The notes beneath the pieces are model-generated. The model was not told the DNA's origin, did not search any database, and was given only the letters and a program-made list of their open reading frames with translations. 64,000 bases of DNA from a bacterium HR15 (GTDB lineage Bacteria; Armatimonadota; Fimbriimonadia; Fimbriimonadales; GBS-DC). Numbering within the stretch: position 1 is the stretch's first letter; each line of letters begins with the position of its first letter. Positions 37,450 to 46,229 of the stretch are shown here, one piece after another. The position numbers and the translations under genes are program-made. Location: positions 23,459-87,458 of the forward strand of contig BEHR01000007.1 in the NCBI GenBank assembly GCA_002898555.1. Reading direction: 5' to 3'.

Positions 37450-40139
37450 AGGGATGGTTCATCGCACTCCTTATCGCCACCACGGGCATGGGCAAGTGCC
37501 TTGCGCTGCGCCACCTTGATCCAGACAAGGGCATCGCGCCCATGCCCTTCGCGCAGCCCAAGCTGTTCGTTCACCCTGATCCGAGCGCACCGCTGGTCGC
37601 CATCGAAGTCTGGATACAAGCAGGCAGCGCGCACGAGACACGCGAGACCTCGGGCGCAGCGCACCTGCTGGAACACATGATTTTCAAGGGCACAGCGCAA
37701 CACCCACCAGGTGCGCTGGACGCAGCGGTCGAATCGGCAGGTGGCGTTCTGGAAGCCAGCACGGAGCGCGACTGGACACGCTATCGCATGGCAGTGCTGC
37801 CCGATCGGTGGGAAGCTCCTCTGGGTATGTTGATGGAGCATCTCTTTCATCCTGCCTTGCCCGAAGCCGACCTTGCACGCGAGCGCGCACTGATTCTGCA
37901 AGATGAGTATGCGTTCCACCGGGCCGACCCGCTTCGGGTTGCCCGCTATGCCCTGTATGCCCAGGCATATGGGGAACATCCCTACGCGCTGCCCCCGTTG
38001 GGCATCCCCGATTCGCTGGCAAGGCTTTCGCGCGAGCAACTGATGGCGTTCCACGCACGCTTTTACCGCCCTGACCGCATGGTGATTGTGGTGGTGGGTC
38101 CGGTGGAGCCAGAGCGTGTGCGGCAGGTCGTGTCACGCTTCTCCTGTGGTGAAGCTGCTCAAGGGCAAGCCGAGAAAGCATTGGGGCATGACTTGCTCAC
38201 TGCTTGGCAGGAGCCGCACCCTCCAGCGGAACTGGCTCGCACTGATGCTGCCGCGGAGAAGCCGCACGCATGCACCGTGGAGTTCGCCCAATCCCACCTG
38301 TTCACCATCGCCGTGCCTGCACCTGCAGCAACGCAACCTGAGGCGATGCTCGCGGCAGAAGTGATACGGCTCGCGCTTGCCGAGCCGTATCATGGACGGC
38401 TTTGGACCAGCGACGAGGGGCAAATAGATAGAACTTTCGCTTCGCTCCAAAGCGAGTACATCCCGCGCCTGCAGCCGAGCCTGATGCTCTTCTTTTTCCA
38501 GCCCTATCCTGACGCAGGGGAAGACTGGAAACAGAGGATTCGCCAACGCTGGCAGGCAGCTATTCAGCAGATTATCGAGGGGCGCGCCCGTCCACAGCTG
38601 GAACAGGCAAAGCAATGGCTCATCGCGCGTCATCAGCAGGCGATGCGCAACCCTCTGGAGCGCGCACGGCTCTACGCCTTCTACGCTACGCTGGGTCTGC
38701 CCAACTTGCCCGACGAGTATGCGCTGCGTGTCCAATCGCTCGCTATCGTACAAATCGAGCAGGTGGCACAGGCGATGTTTGGTTCAAGCGGGTGGCGAAT
38801 GACGAGTAGCGAGGAGCAAGTAGCGAGCGAAAATTTTACCAAGTGGGCCGGCGAAGAAAATTTCGGTGGTGAAGGACGAGGGGCAATCAGCGAGGGGCGA
38901 GCGGATAGGCGTTCAGAGAGTGAGATTTTTCGCCAGACCCTTGCCAGCGGGGTACGGGTGATTGCCCTGCGTCAGCCGGGCGCGAGGCAGATCGTGCTGC
39001 AGGTATTGATTGCCACAGGCGCCGATGCCGAGCGCGATTTTCCACCGGGCACAAGTGAACTAACCGCTCGCATGTTGTTCACTACAACGCTCAACGAAAC
39101 CCAAGCATCGCTTGCTTACCGTATCGCGCGATCGGGAGGTAGCCTCCAGCTGCACTGGGAGCCGATTGGCGTCCGCATCACCGCCCTTGCCGAACCCGCT
39201 ACCATAGAAAATGTGCTTTCTCTGCTCAGGGAAGGGCTGGTGCGTGCTGCCTTCGAGCCAGAGGGGCTGAACAATGCCCTGCAAGCGGCTCTTGCCGAGC
39301 GACACTGCACCGACGGCGCACACGAGCTGCCTCTCTATGAGATGCTGGTTCGCCAGCTCCGTCTCAAAGGCGGTCTCTACGCTTCCGCTGAGCAGTTGCA
39401 GCAGGTGCGCCTGGAAGATGTCAAGGCATTCTATCACCGCTACTATCGCCCCGACCGATTCGTGATCGTGGTTGCTGGCGACCTGCCTGTCGAACGGCTG
39501 ACCGAGTTGATGCTGCGATATTTTGGGGCCCAAGATGATTGGAAGGAGAGCCTCTTGACGAGTCGGAACCTGGAGGGTGAACCGCCTGGCGAGCTGAGAC
39601 ACAACCCCATGCCAACCGAGATGGTGGTGAGTGCCCTTTCATATCCTTCAACCGCGCCCACAATCTATATCGGCTTCGGAGTACCGATGCCCGTGCGCTC
39701 GCCGGAAGAGTACGCCGCGCTATTGGTGCGGCAAGCGATGCTTTGCGAAGGCAAGGGCAGTTTGCTGTTCCAACAGTTTCGAGAGGCACAGGGTATCGGC
39801 TATGCCTTCGGTGGTCGCGTGATTGTGTGGCGGGGCGAGGGACTGCTGCTCGGCTTTCTGCAGATGGGCGCAGGGCGTGAATCGCGATGCGAGGAGCTGC
39901 TCAACCACTTACGAGCAACGCTGCACCAGAAGGTCTCGGAACCTGACATACTGCGTCGTGCCATCGCGCTGGTGGAGGCACGCTGGCGACGCGACCAACT
40001 GGACCTTTTCGAGCGCACTCGCCGGCTGGCACTTGCTGAAGCGAGTGGTGTAGGCTACCTTGCTGAGCAGAACCTGCCCGACCTCCTCAAGAAAATAGGT
40101 CCCACCATAAAAATTGCGCCAGGGGACACCACGCTTTAG
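37446..40139 (+). CDS. fused double M16 (pitrilysin/insulinase-type) zinc peptidase
   Basis: 897 aa. The HxxEH zinc motif (AAHLLEHMIFKGT) is in the first module only. The second module is M16-like without HxxEH. A low-complexity linker (SSEEQVASENFTKWAGEENFGGEGRG) joins the two. The GTGA overlaps the upstream stop. Confidence 0.75.
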   Translation: MKGWFIALLIATTGMGKCLALRHLDPDKGIAPMPFAQPKLFVHPDPSAPLVAIEVWIQAGSAHETRETSGAAHLLEHMIFKGTAQHPPGALDAAVESAGGVLEASTERDWTRYRMAVLPDRWEAPLGMLMEHLFHPALPEADLARERALILQDEYAFHRADPLRVARYALYAQAYGEHPYALPPLGIPDSLARLSREQLMAFHARFYRPDRMVIVVVGPVEPERVRQVVSRFSCGEAAQGQAEKALGHDLLTAWQEPHPPAELARTDAAAEKPHACTVEFAQSHLFTIAVPAPAATQPEAMLAAEVIRLALAEPYHGRLWTSDEGQIDRTFASLQSEYIPRLQPSLMLFFFQPYPDAGEDWKQRIRQRWQAAIQQIIEGRARPQLEQAKQWLIARHQQAMRNPLERARLYAFYATLGLPNLPDEYALRVQSLAIVQIEQVAQAMFGSSGWRMTSSEEQVASENFTKWAGEENFGGEGRGAISEGRADRRSESEIFRQTLASGVRVIALRQPGARQIVLQVLIATGADAERDFPPGTSELTARMLFTTTLNETQASLAYRIARSGGSLQLHWEPIGVRITALAEPATIENVLSLLREGLVRAAFEPEGLNNALQAALAERHCTDGAHELPLYEMLVRQLRLKGGLYASAEQLQQVRLEDVKAFYHRYYRPDRFVIVVAGDLPVERLTELMLRYFGAQDDWKESLLTSRNLEGEPPGELRHNPMPTEMVVSALSYPSTAPTIYIGFGVPMPVRSPEEYAALLVRQAMLCEGKGSLLFQQFREAQGIGYAFGGRVIVWRGEGLLLGFLQMGAGRESRCEELLNHLRATLHQKVSEPDILRRAIALVEARWRRDQLDLFERTRRLALAEASGVGYLAEQNLPDLLKKIGPTIKIAPGDTTL

Positions 40140-40157
40140 CAGGGTGGGGAATGGTGC

Positions 40158-40186
40158 TTGCCTCCTTTCTTCACTTGCGGTATAAT
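40158..40186 (+). promoter_or_regulatory. sigma70-like promoter for tnpB (TTGCCT-17-TATAAT)
   Basis: TTGCCT lies at 40158..40163 and TATAAT at 40181..40186. GGGGAAGGAG follows, and then the GTG start at 40217. Confidence 0.5.
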
Positions 40187-40216
40187 TAGATTGACAAACA
40201 GAAGGGGAAGGAGCGC

Positions 40217-41455
40217 GTGTTCCGCACCTACAAGTACCGGTTGTATCCGACGCGAGTGCAAGAGAAGACGCTCGACTTTCTGCTCATGCAAGGGCGTCTG
40301 ATCTACAACGACGCGCTGGAACAACGCCTCAAAGTCTACCGCGAGACGGGGGAAAGCGTGAGCTATCCGCAGCAGTGGGCGCACTTCCGTGACCTGCGAC
40401 ACGCCCATCCCGACACGCTCGGTCGGTTGAACGCGACCAGCGTTCAACAGATCTTGCGCCGACTGGACAAAGCGTTCAAGGCGTTCTTCCGGCGCCTGAA
40501 AGCGGGGGAAAAACCTGGTTTTCCGCGCTTCAAGGGGTGCAACCGCTTCAACAGTCTGGAATACCGCTATGGCGACGGCTGCAAGCTGCGGTTTTCTGGC
40601 GGTCGGGCGCGGTTCTATGTTCAAAATGTGGGCGAGATCAAGGTCAAGTATCATCGCCCGCTGCCGGAGGGTGCCCAAATCAAGCATGTCATCCTCAAGC
40701 GGCGCAACCGCAGATGGTACATCTGCCTGATGCTTGAGTTGCCAGAACCTGCTGTTATCAAGGAACATCCTGGTCCTGCGGTTGGCATTGATGTGGGGTT
40801 GCATCACCTGCTGGCACTCAGCAACGGGGAGACGGTAGACAACCCGCGTTGGCTGCGTCGCTCGCTGGCGAAGTTGCGTGTTGCTCAGCGGCGTATGGCG
40901 CGTCGTCTCAAGGGCAGTCGTGGCTGGCGGGAAGCCGCCTACCAGGTCGCCCGCTTACACGAGCGCATCGCCCATCAGCGTCGCGACTTCTGGCACAAAT
41001 TCACTCGCAAACTGGTCGACACCTATTCGCTCGTTGTTCTGGAAGACCTCAATCTCGCCTTTATGACCGCCAATTCTCATTTGGCACTGAGTGCTCACGA
41101 TGCGGGGCTGGCGGAGTTCCGACAACTACTGGCGTACAAGGCTGAGAGTGCTGGTACGCGGGTAGTGTTTGTGAACCCTGCCTTCACCTCGCAGTTGTGT
41201 TCTTTCTGTGGCGCGGTGGTCGTGAAGGATTTGAGTGTTCGTGTTCACGAATGTTCTTTTTGTGGCTACACAGCGGACCGCGATGTGAATGCTGCTCGGA
41301 ACATCTTGTCTTCCGTCGCGGTCAAGTCGGCCTGGACGGGGCCGCCAGGCGTGTTGGGGCACGGCGTCGCCGTGCCCGTACAGCGGGCGTCGCCTGGGAA
41401 GCTCCCCGCTTTAGCGGGGAGAGTCGTCACTTGCGCGCCTTTTGGTGTAAAATAG
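40217..41455 (+). CDS. tnpB: TnpB (OrfB_IS605) RNA-guided RuvC-type endonuclease
   Basis: 412 aa with the N-terminal MFRTYKYRLYPTRVQEKTLDFLL signature. The RuvC triad candidates are GIDVGL, VVLEDLNL and ADRDVNAARNI. A zinc ribbon is present (CSFCG...CSFCG). Confidence 0.9.
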   Translation: MFRTYKYRLYPTRVQEKTLDFLLMQGRLIYNDALEQRLKVYRETGESVSYPQQWAHFRDLRHAHPDTLGRLNATSVQQILRRLDKAFKAFFRRLKAGEKPGFPRFKGCNRFNSLEYRYGDGCKLRFSGGRARFYVQNVGEIKVKYHRPLPEGAQIKHVILKRRNRRWYICLMLELPEPAVIKEHPGPAVGIDVGLHHLLALSNGETVDNPRWLRRSLAKLRVAQRRMARRLKGSRGWREAAYQVARLHERIAHQRRDFWHKFTRKLVDTYSLVVLEDLNLAFMTANSHLALSAHDAGLAEFRQLLAYKAESAGTRVVFVNPAFTSQLCSFCGAVVVKDLSVRVHECSFCGYTADRDVNAARNILSSVAVKSAWTGPPGVLGHGVAVPVQRASPGKLPALAGRVVTCAPFGVK

Positions 41456-41465
41456 AGGGTGGGCG
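41300..41465 (+). ncRNA. putative omega-RNA (reRNA) scaffold overlapping the tnpB 3' end
   Basis: Nested perfect stems are present. CCAGGCG (41345..41351) pairs with CGCCTGG (41391..41397), and these enclose GGGCACGGCG-t-CGCCGTGCCC (41357..41377). CTCCCCGC-ttta-GCGGGGAG follows at 41402..41421. The location matches where TnpB guide RNAs are encoded. The extent is a guess. Confidence 0.35.
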
Positions 41466-42125
41466 ATGCCATTCGATCCGCGACTGGATGCCTATCGGGA
41501 ATTAGGGCTTACGCCTGACGCCACACCGGAGGAGATTCGTCGGGCATATCGGAGGTTGGCGCGTCGCTACCATCCTGACCATGCGCCCGAAGGCAAGCAG
41601 CATGAGTATGAGGAGAAGATGAAGCGGGTGAACGCCGCTTATGCGGTGCTGCGTAATCCGCATCGACGCGCCCAGTATGACCAGCTGCGCCAGAACGGGG
41701 CGGTCACACCGCGTGGTCCCTCTGCCTCCCCCACGGCTCGTGCCACTGCGCCCAACGATCCCTATATGCAAATGCGCGTGGGCTATCAGCAACGGCTCTA
41801 TCGCATGCAGGTCAACACGCGCCAGCTACCTGTGTGGGCACAGCTGCTGTCGGGGCTGTTCGCGGGGCTGGGGCTGGTCATGGGTTTCCTGATGGGGTTG
41901 CCGTTCGGGATTGTGGGTTGCATTCCGGGCGCGTTGGTCGGGCTGATTGGGGGCATGCTGGTAGGGTTATTCGCGGTCTATCTGCTTCTTTTGGGGTTGC
42001 CTGTTGGGCTGCTGGCGTTAGGGGGCTACTGGGCGCTTGGCATGCCCGGTCTTTTGCTGGGCGCACTGGCCGGTGTCCCCATCGGCTGGCTCTGGATGCG
42101 CCGAGCTTTGGGAAGGAGCAGATGA
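41466..42125 (+). CDS. J-domain (DnaJ-like) protein with Gly/Leu-rich membrane C-terminus
   Basis: 219 aa with a J domain (YRELGLTPDATPEEIRRAYRRLARRYHPDH, HPD motif). Hydrophobic GxxxG-rich helices follow. Confidence 0.8.
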   Translation: MPFDPRLDAYRELGLTPDATPEEIRRAYRRLARRYHPDHAPEGKQHEYEEKMKRVNAAYAVLRNPHRRAQYDQLRQNGAVTPRGPSASPTARATAPNDPYMQMRVGYQQRLYRMQVNTRQLPVWAQLLSGLFAGLGLVMGFLMGLPFGIVGCIPGALVGLIGGMLVGLFAVYLLLLGLPVGLLALGGYWALGMPGLLLGALAGVPIGWLWMRRALGRSR

Positions 42126-42160
42126 TATATGAGGCTGTTCGAGCAAATAAAAATGTATTT

Positions 42161-42191
42161 AGGCGCGGCGGTGGGTTTCGCCGCCGTGCCT
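42161..42191 (-). terminator. intrinsic terminator for the beta-propeller gene
   Basis: An 11-bp stem (one G-U pair) with a 9-nt loop lies directly after the stop at 42197. On the reverse strand it is followed by AAATACATTTTTATTT. Confidence 0.6.
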
Positions 42192-42196
42192 ACCCG

Positions 42197-43240
42197 CTAC
42201 CGACGCAGACTGTGTACCGATAACATTTCAACCTCGCCCCTGCGCTGGATGACAAGTGTATCGCTGCCGCGCCAGTCCAGCCCCAGGATAGGATAACGAG
42301 TCTGCAATGACTCACCAAAGCCCCCAGAAACCTTGCGTGGCGATAAATCCAGTAGTTCAATCACACGCACAGTGTTGGTCTGCAAGTTCAGCACGCATAC
42401 ACCCTCTTCTGTCCAGTAGGCGAGTTTCATCCCGTCAGGCGAAAAGCGATAAATCACTCCTTCCTGTGCAAACGCTCCATTCTCCAGTAAGGCGAGGCGG
42501 CGCGGCATACGCTTCCCCAGCGGCGATTCGAAAACTGCCAGCCATTTGTCCCTGTGTTGCCGAACCCAACGCACGCTGCTCTCATCAGGTGCTACCCAGA
42601 ACGCCACGACATCGCCTGTGGTGGTGTAGGGCTGCCAACGATTTCCAGAGAACAGGTACAGGTTGTAGCCCTGTGGGAAGTTGTCGCTTGTATCAGTAGG
42701 TTTGCCCAATATTAGCACACGCTCATCGCGTAGCAGTTGTGCAATCACCGTGTCGCTGGCTTGATAGTTGAACGGACTTGGATAAGAGCGCACGCGCGTC
42801 CATGAAGCGGTGTCGTATAGTTCGTAGCGATCCTCTCCGTTCGCGGTGTTGAGTACAAGCAGCTGGCGACCGTCTCGACTCCAGCGCGCCAGACCAGGCG
42901 ACTCAACGGGTAACTGCGCCAACCGATGCGAGTCGACCTCGTAGAGCATCAGTGAGTATTCTCGCTCATGCGTCGCTACAAAACAGAACGCCTGTGAATC
43001 GGGACGCCACTGAATATCGTAAAAGTCCAGCGAGTCGTCCTTTGAGGTGTAAACTTCTGTGGTTTCGTGGGTATTCAGGTCATAAAGCAACAGCCTTGAC
43101 CTCGACTCATCACTATCGATGACCGTCAGGTAGCGCCCATCGGGGGATGTGCGCACCAAGTTCAGGAAACCGATGCATCCGAGTAGCGTTATCAGCAACG
43201 CCACCGCAATCAGTATGCGCAGGACAGTTGTTGCTTTCAT
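42197..43240 (-). CDS. PD40/WD40-like beta-propeller repeat protein, probable lipoprotein
   Basis: ORF 42197..43282. The ATG at 43240 is preceded by GGAGG. The N-terminus is MKATTVLRILIAVALLITLLGC (lipobox). Repeated ...DG..L.... strands are typical of TolB-like propellers. Confidence 0.5.
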   Translation of the reverse strand: MKATTVLRILIAVALLITLLGCIGFLNLVRTSPDGRYLTVIDSDESRSRLLLYDLNTHETTEVYTSKDDSLDFYDIQWRPDSQAFCFVATHEREYSLMLYEVDSHRLAQLPVESPGLARWSRDGRQLLVLNTANGEDRYELYDTASWTRVRSYPSPFNYQASDTVIAQLLRDERVLILGKPTDTSDNFPQGYNLYLFSGNRWQPYTTTGDVVAFWVAPDESSVRWVRQHRDKWLAVFESPLGKRMPRRLALLENGAFAQEGVIYRFSPDGMKLAYWTEEGVCVLNLQTNTVRVIELLDLSPRKVSGGFGESLQTRYPILGLDWRGSDTLVIQRRGEVEMLSVHSLRR

Positions 43241-43318
43241 GCGAATCGCCTCCAAGGATACTATACCAAGTGGGGAAGGCAAGGCGGTAGGGACTTTAGT
43301 CCTAATTTGGGGGGACGG

Positions 43319-43393
43319 TGGTGGGCAGTGCTGGACTCGAACCAGCGACCTCTTCGGTGTGAACGAAGCACTCTACCACTGAGCTAACTGCCC
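43319..43393 (-). tRNA. tRNA-Val (anticodon CAC), CCA encoded
   Basis: The reverse complement reads GGGCAGTTAGCTCAGTGGTAGAGTGCTTCGTTCACACCGAAGAGGTCGCTGGTTCGAGTCCAGCACTGCCCACCA. The anticodon loop is TTCACAC. Confidence 0.9.
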
Positions 43394-43395
43394 TC

Positions 43396-43481
43396 TGGTG
43401 CGCGGGGTGGGACTCGAACCCACACAGGCTAAGCCCACATGGCCCTCAACCATGCGTGTCTACCAATTCCACCACCCGCGC
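43396..43481 (-). tRNA. tRNA-Leu (anticodon GAG), CCA encoded
   Basis: The reverse complement reads GCGCGGGTGGTGGAATTGGTAGACACGCATGGTTGAGGGCCATGTGGGCTTAGCCTGTGTGGGTTCGAGTCCCACCCCGCGCACCA. It has a long variable arm and anticodon loop TTGAGGG. Confidence 0.9.
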
Positions 43482-43534
43482 AGCAAGCCAATCATGCCTC
43501 AAACGCGGTCTCGGTTTATCAAGGGGTTTCGAGG

Positions 43535-45814
43535 TCATCTACCGTTTGAGTCTTTCCCTTCATAACCAACCTGCGTTTCGAAAAGCGCCAGTTGCAGAGG
43601 CTCGCTTGAATGCTGAGGCATTTCCGATAAAGCCATATTGTGGAACATCATCAGCGCACTCAGGAACCACTCCTGCGACGGTTCCCAGCCCTCACCTACG
43701 CAACTGGCAGAGCGCAGCAACTCACCGACATAGTGCAGGTACAGCAAGTTGCGGTTACCGCTGTGTGGATACTGTCCGACAACCTGTTGTGCACGCGCCA
43801 ACGCGTCCTCAGGAGCATGAGACAACACCATATAGGGTTGCGACTGCTTCTGACACATTAGTACCAGATCCGCATCCAGTGCTTGCTTGTTGCGGATATG
43901 GGGGTTGACACGATACTCGCTCTGAACGGGGAAGAAGTCCACGATGCGGAAACCGCTCCGCCGGACGGCACAGAAAATCGTCCACCAGGCACGGGGATTC
44001 GTGTGATGGAAAGTGAAAATCAGCTGTCCTTGCTCCTTCAGCACGCGATGGCACTCGCGAAAAACCGCCGTGAGCAGATTCAGATACTCTTTCTCGCTCT
44101 TGCCTTGCCCTTTGTTCACAACAGCTTCACCCTCAGTAGGAACCAGCTCTGTACGGAAGCATGGGTCTCTCACTAATCGAGAGAGCCAAACATAGAAAAA
44201 GTTCGACAGCTCTGAGTAATGCACATTATCGTAGTAAGGAGGATCGGTAATCACAAGGTCGATGCTGGCATCGGGGATGGCTGTTAGCCGCGCCGAGTCA
44301 CCACACAAGAGCATCGCTCCTCGCTCGGTTTGCATGAGCGCTGCAAAACTTTCCACGAGCTGCGCCCCTATCCACTCTGTGTTAGCATACCGTGTAATCA
44401 CTTCGCCTGCGCGGCTCTTGTATCGCTCAAACGGCTTTTGGCAGTAGAGCTTCGCTTTTCGATAGCGCTGATAGCAATTAACAAAGGTACCCGCACCTTC
44501 TTCACCAACCCCCCACACATTGCTCTCCACAGGCATTGTAGTTAGCGGTAATGCATGATAGTTGAACAGGTGATGTAACTTGCGATGCGGATAATTGTAC
44601 GGTGTCATCATGTTATTGTATTCAAGCATGTTCGAAACAACGGTGTAGAAGCAGTTTTGGTACTCAGGGTCTTCAATCTGTTGGATGGCGCGTATCAGGG
44701 TATTCAGCGATAACAATTGACGCTTATTGAACAGGTCGCGATAGCGATGATAACCGTGTTGAATCCAACGACGCGAGGAGGTGCCTAATGGTATTTGTGT
44801 GTTGGGCAGAATGAGTTCAGATTCTTGCGTGTGAAACAACTGCTCTATCTGCTGGAGCCGTTCCCGGTCAACGGTGTCAGGCGATTTATACAGACGCGTG
44901 TTGCAGGTGGGGCACCAATATTCTATAGCGATAAGCATTTCACTCAAAGACGCGCCTTTGCGAATGGTCTCAAGCAGGTTGATGGGCTCAGAGGTGCAAC
45001 GGCAGTGGTAATAGCCATGAGTGTAATTCCCCTGTCGGGGATCGAAGACATGCTTGCACTGTGGGCATATCGCCAGTGAATCACCTCCCCATTGAAAAAG
45101 ACGGAGACATCGCGAGCAGAATACGGTTGCAGGATTAGCATGGGACAAAGGACGGTTTCTGCTCGCACCCTCGTTGAGCAAGGTGCGCTTATAAAGCAAA
45201 ACGCACTGCTGACAGTGCGGGCATGGAACATGGCGTATCCAAAATGCATAGAGGGTTTCGCCCACCGCACCGCATTCGGAACACTGCGTTTGATAGTATT
45301 GCTTGATTTGCTCGCCCGCGGTAGCAGCGATTTGCTGAAAGTAGGAGTCCAGCCGCTCGATATCTATGATTTTCAAGTTCTCGCGTCCAATCCAGTAGGC
45401 AACAGGATTAAGGTCACAGCCAATCACGCGCGCACCCATTCGGTTGGCTTCTACCAAAGTAGTTCCCCCGCCCATAAAGGGGTCAAGGATCACCCATTCG
45501 CTCAGATTGTGATTCTGAAAGTAAGGGGAGTGCGGTTCCAGATCCCCCAGCTGGTTCACTGTGAGAAGTGTCTCTCGCAGTTCAGGATGCGTTGCCAGCA
45601 GGATAATCGCGCGAAACAGGGTCCCGGGGCGCCGTGCCCACCATTTATGCAGGGAGTAAATGGGTCGATAATGCTGGCGCTTGCCTGTCTCGTCCTGCGC
45701 TAGCTTGCTAATGAGCTGTGCCACCTGCAAGCTCGGAGCCAATCGCGACAACTCCTTAGAAGGGGTCATCTTCGTAAAATACACAGCCATCTTCGGGTCT
45801 GGATATTTGGTCAT
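43535..45814 (-). CDS. Zn-ribbon-containing DNA methyltransferase (COG1743 / DUF1156-type, DPPY motif)
   Basis: ORF 43535..45886. The ATG at 45814 has a GGGAG SD. It carries the N-terminal IYSLHKWWARRP hallmark, motif I (LDPFMGGGTTLVEANRMGARVIGCDLNP), several CxxC pairs (CSECG..CPHCQ, CSRC..CPQCK, CPTC) and motif IV (DLVITDPPYYDNVHY). The gene is AT-richer than its flanks. Confidence 0.8.
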   Translation of the reverse strand: MTKYPDPKMAVYFTKMTPSKELSRLAPSLQVAQLISKLAQDETGKRQHYRPIYSLHKWWARRPGTLFRAIILLATHPELRETLLTVNQLGDLEPHSPYFQNHNLSEWVILDPFMGGGTTLVEANRMGARVIGCDLNPVAYWIGRENLKIIDIERLDSYFQQIAATAGEQIKQYYQTQCSECGAVGETLYAFWIRHVPCPHCQQCVLLYKRTLLNEGASRNRPLSHANPATVFCSRCLRLFQWGGDSLAICPQCKHVFDPRQGNYTHGYYHCRCTSEPINLLETIRKGASLSEMLIAIEYWCPTCNTRLYKSPDTVDRERLQQIEQLFHTQESELILPNTQIPLGTSSRRWIQHGYHRYRDLFNKRQLLSLNTLIRAIQQIEDPEYQNCFYTVVSNMLEYNNMMTPYNYPHRKLHHLFNYHALPLTTMPVESNVWGVGEEGAGTFVNCYQRYRKAKLYCQKPFERYKSRAGEVITRYANTEWIGAQLVESFAALMQTERGAMLLCGDSARLTAIPDASIDLVITDPPYYDNVHYSELSNFFYVWLSRLVRDPCFRTELVPTEGEAVVNKGQGKSEKEYLNLLTAVFRECHRVLKEQGQLIFTFHHTNPRAWWTIFCAVRRSGFRIVDFFPVQSEYRVNPHIRNKQALDADLVLMCQKQSQPYMVLSHAPEDALARAQQVVGQYPHSGNRNLLYLHYVGELLRSASCVGEGWEPSQEWFLSALMMFHNMALSEMPQHSSEPLQLALFETQVGYEGKDSNGR

Positions 45815-46064
45815 AGCCACGCTCCCTGTAGAACTCCAGAAAGTTTGCGCGATATTCAGAACTACAGAAAGGGAACTCATCGTCAAACTCGCGCCTTAGG
45901 TGTCTAAGCACCCTGCTTCCAAGCGATTCGGCACGTTGCTCGCTGAACGCCGCTTGATACCAGCTGATGAGCTGGCTCTCCTGAATGACGCCATTAATCC
46001 TGTGCCCTAACTGCTCAGCCACTCGTGTGATAGTGTCTACTTCTGCGTCGCGACAGACAATCAC
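45756..46064 (-). CDS. hypothetical small acidic protein upstream of, and overlapping, the methylase start
   Basis: 102 aa with a GTG start and no recognisable motif. It overlaps the first codons of the methylase in another frame. Coding status is uncertain. Confidence 0.35.
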   Translation of the reverse strand: MIVCRDAEVDTITRVAEQLGHRINGVIQESQLISWYQAAFSEQRAESLGSRVLRHLRREFDDEFPFCSSEYRANFLEFYRERGYDQISRPEDGCVFYEDDPF

Positions 46065-46132
46065 GATCTCGTCTGCGGTTGTGTCAGCCGCAACATCTTC
46101 GCTCTTGTTGTTTACGCGACATCAGCTGCCTA

Positions 46133-46138
46133 ATTATA
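46133..46138 (-). promoter_or_regulatory. -10 box TATAAT for the small ORF + methylase unit
   Basis: The reverse strand reads taagGGTATAATtaggcagc, about 70 nt upstream of the GTG at 46064. Confidence 0.4.
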
Positions 46139-46229
46139 CCCTTACCCATGCGGATACTCAACATGCATCCTGGCCTATATCCCTATTTTGAAGGTGTCCA
46201 GGAAGTGTTGGGCTGAGCGGCGGAGAAGG

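Larger units (their letters stand above)
40150..41465 (+). mobile_element. IS200/IS605-family element carrying tnpB only (IS1341-like); ends not resolved
   Basis: It contains tnpB and no tnpA. It is squeezed between the M16 peptidase stop (40139) and the J-domain gene start (41466). The boundaries are approximate. Confidence 0.5.

Noticed and set aside
40136-40807. 223-aa reverse-strand ORF
   Set aside because: It is antisense to the 5' half of tnpB, whose N-terminal signature is unmistakable.
43482-43540. Possible island attachment site or integrase signature next to tRNA-Leu
   Set aside because: The low-GC DNA abuts the 5' end of the tRNA rather than the 3' end. I found no direct repeat of the tRNA 3' segment and no integrase gene. 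Integration via this tRNA therefore cannot be claimed.
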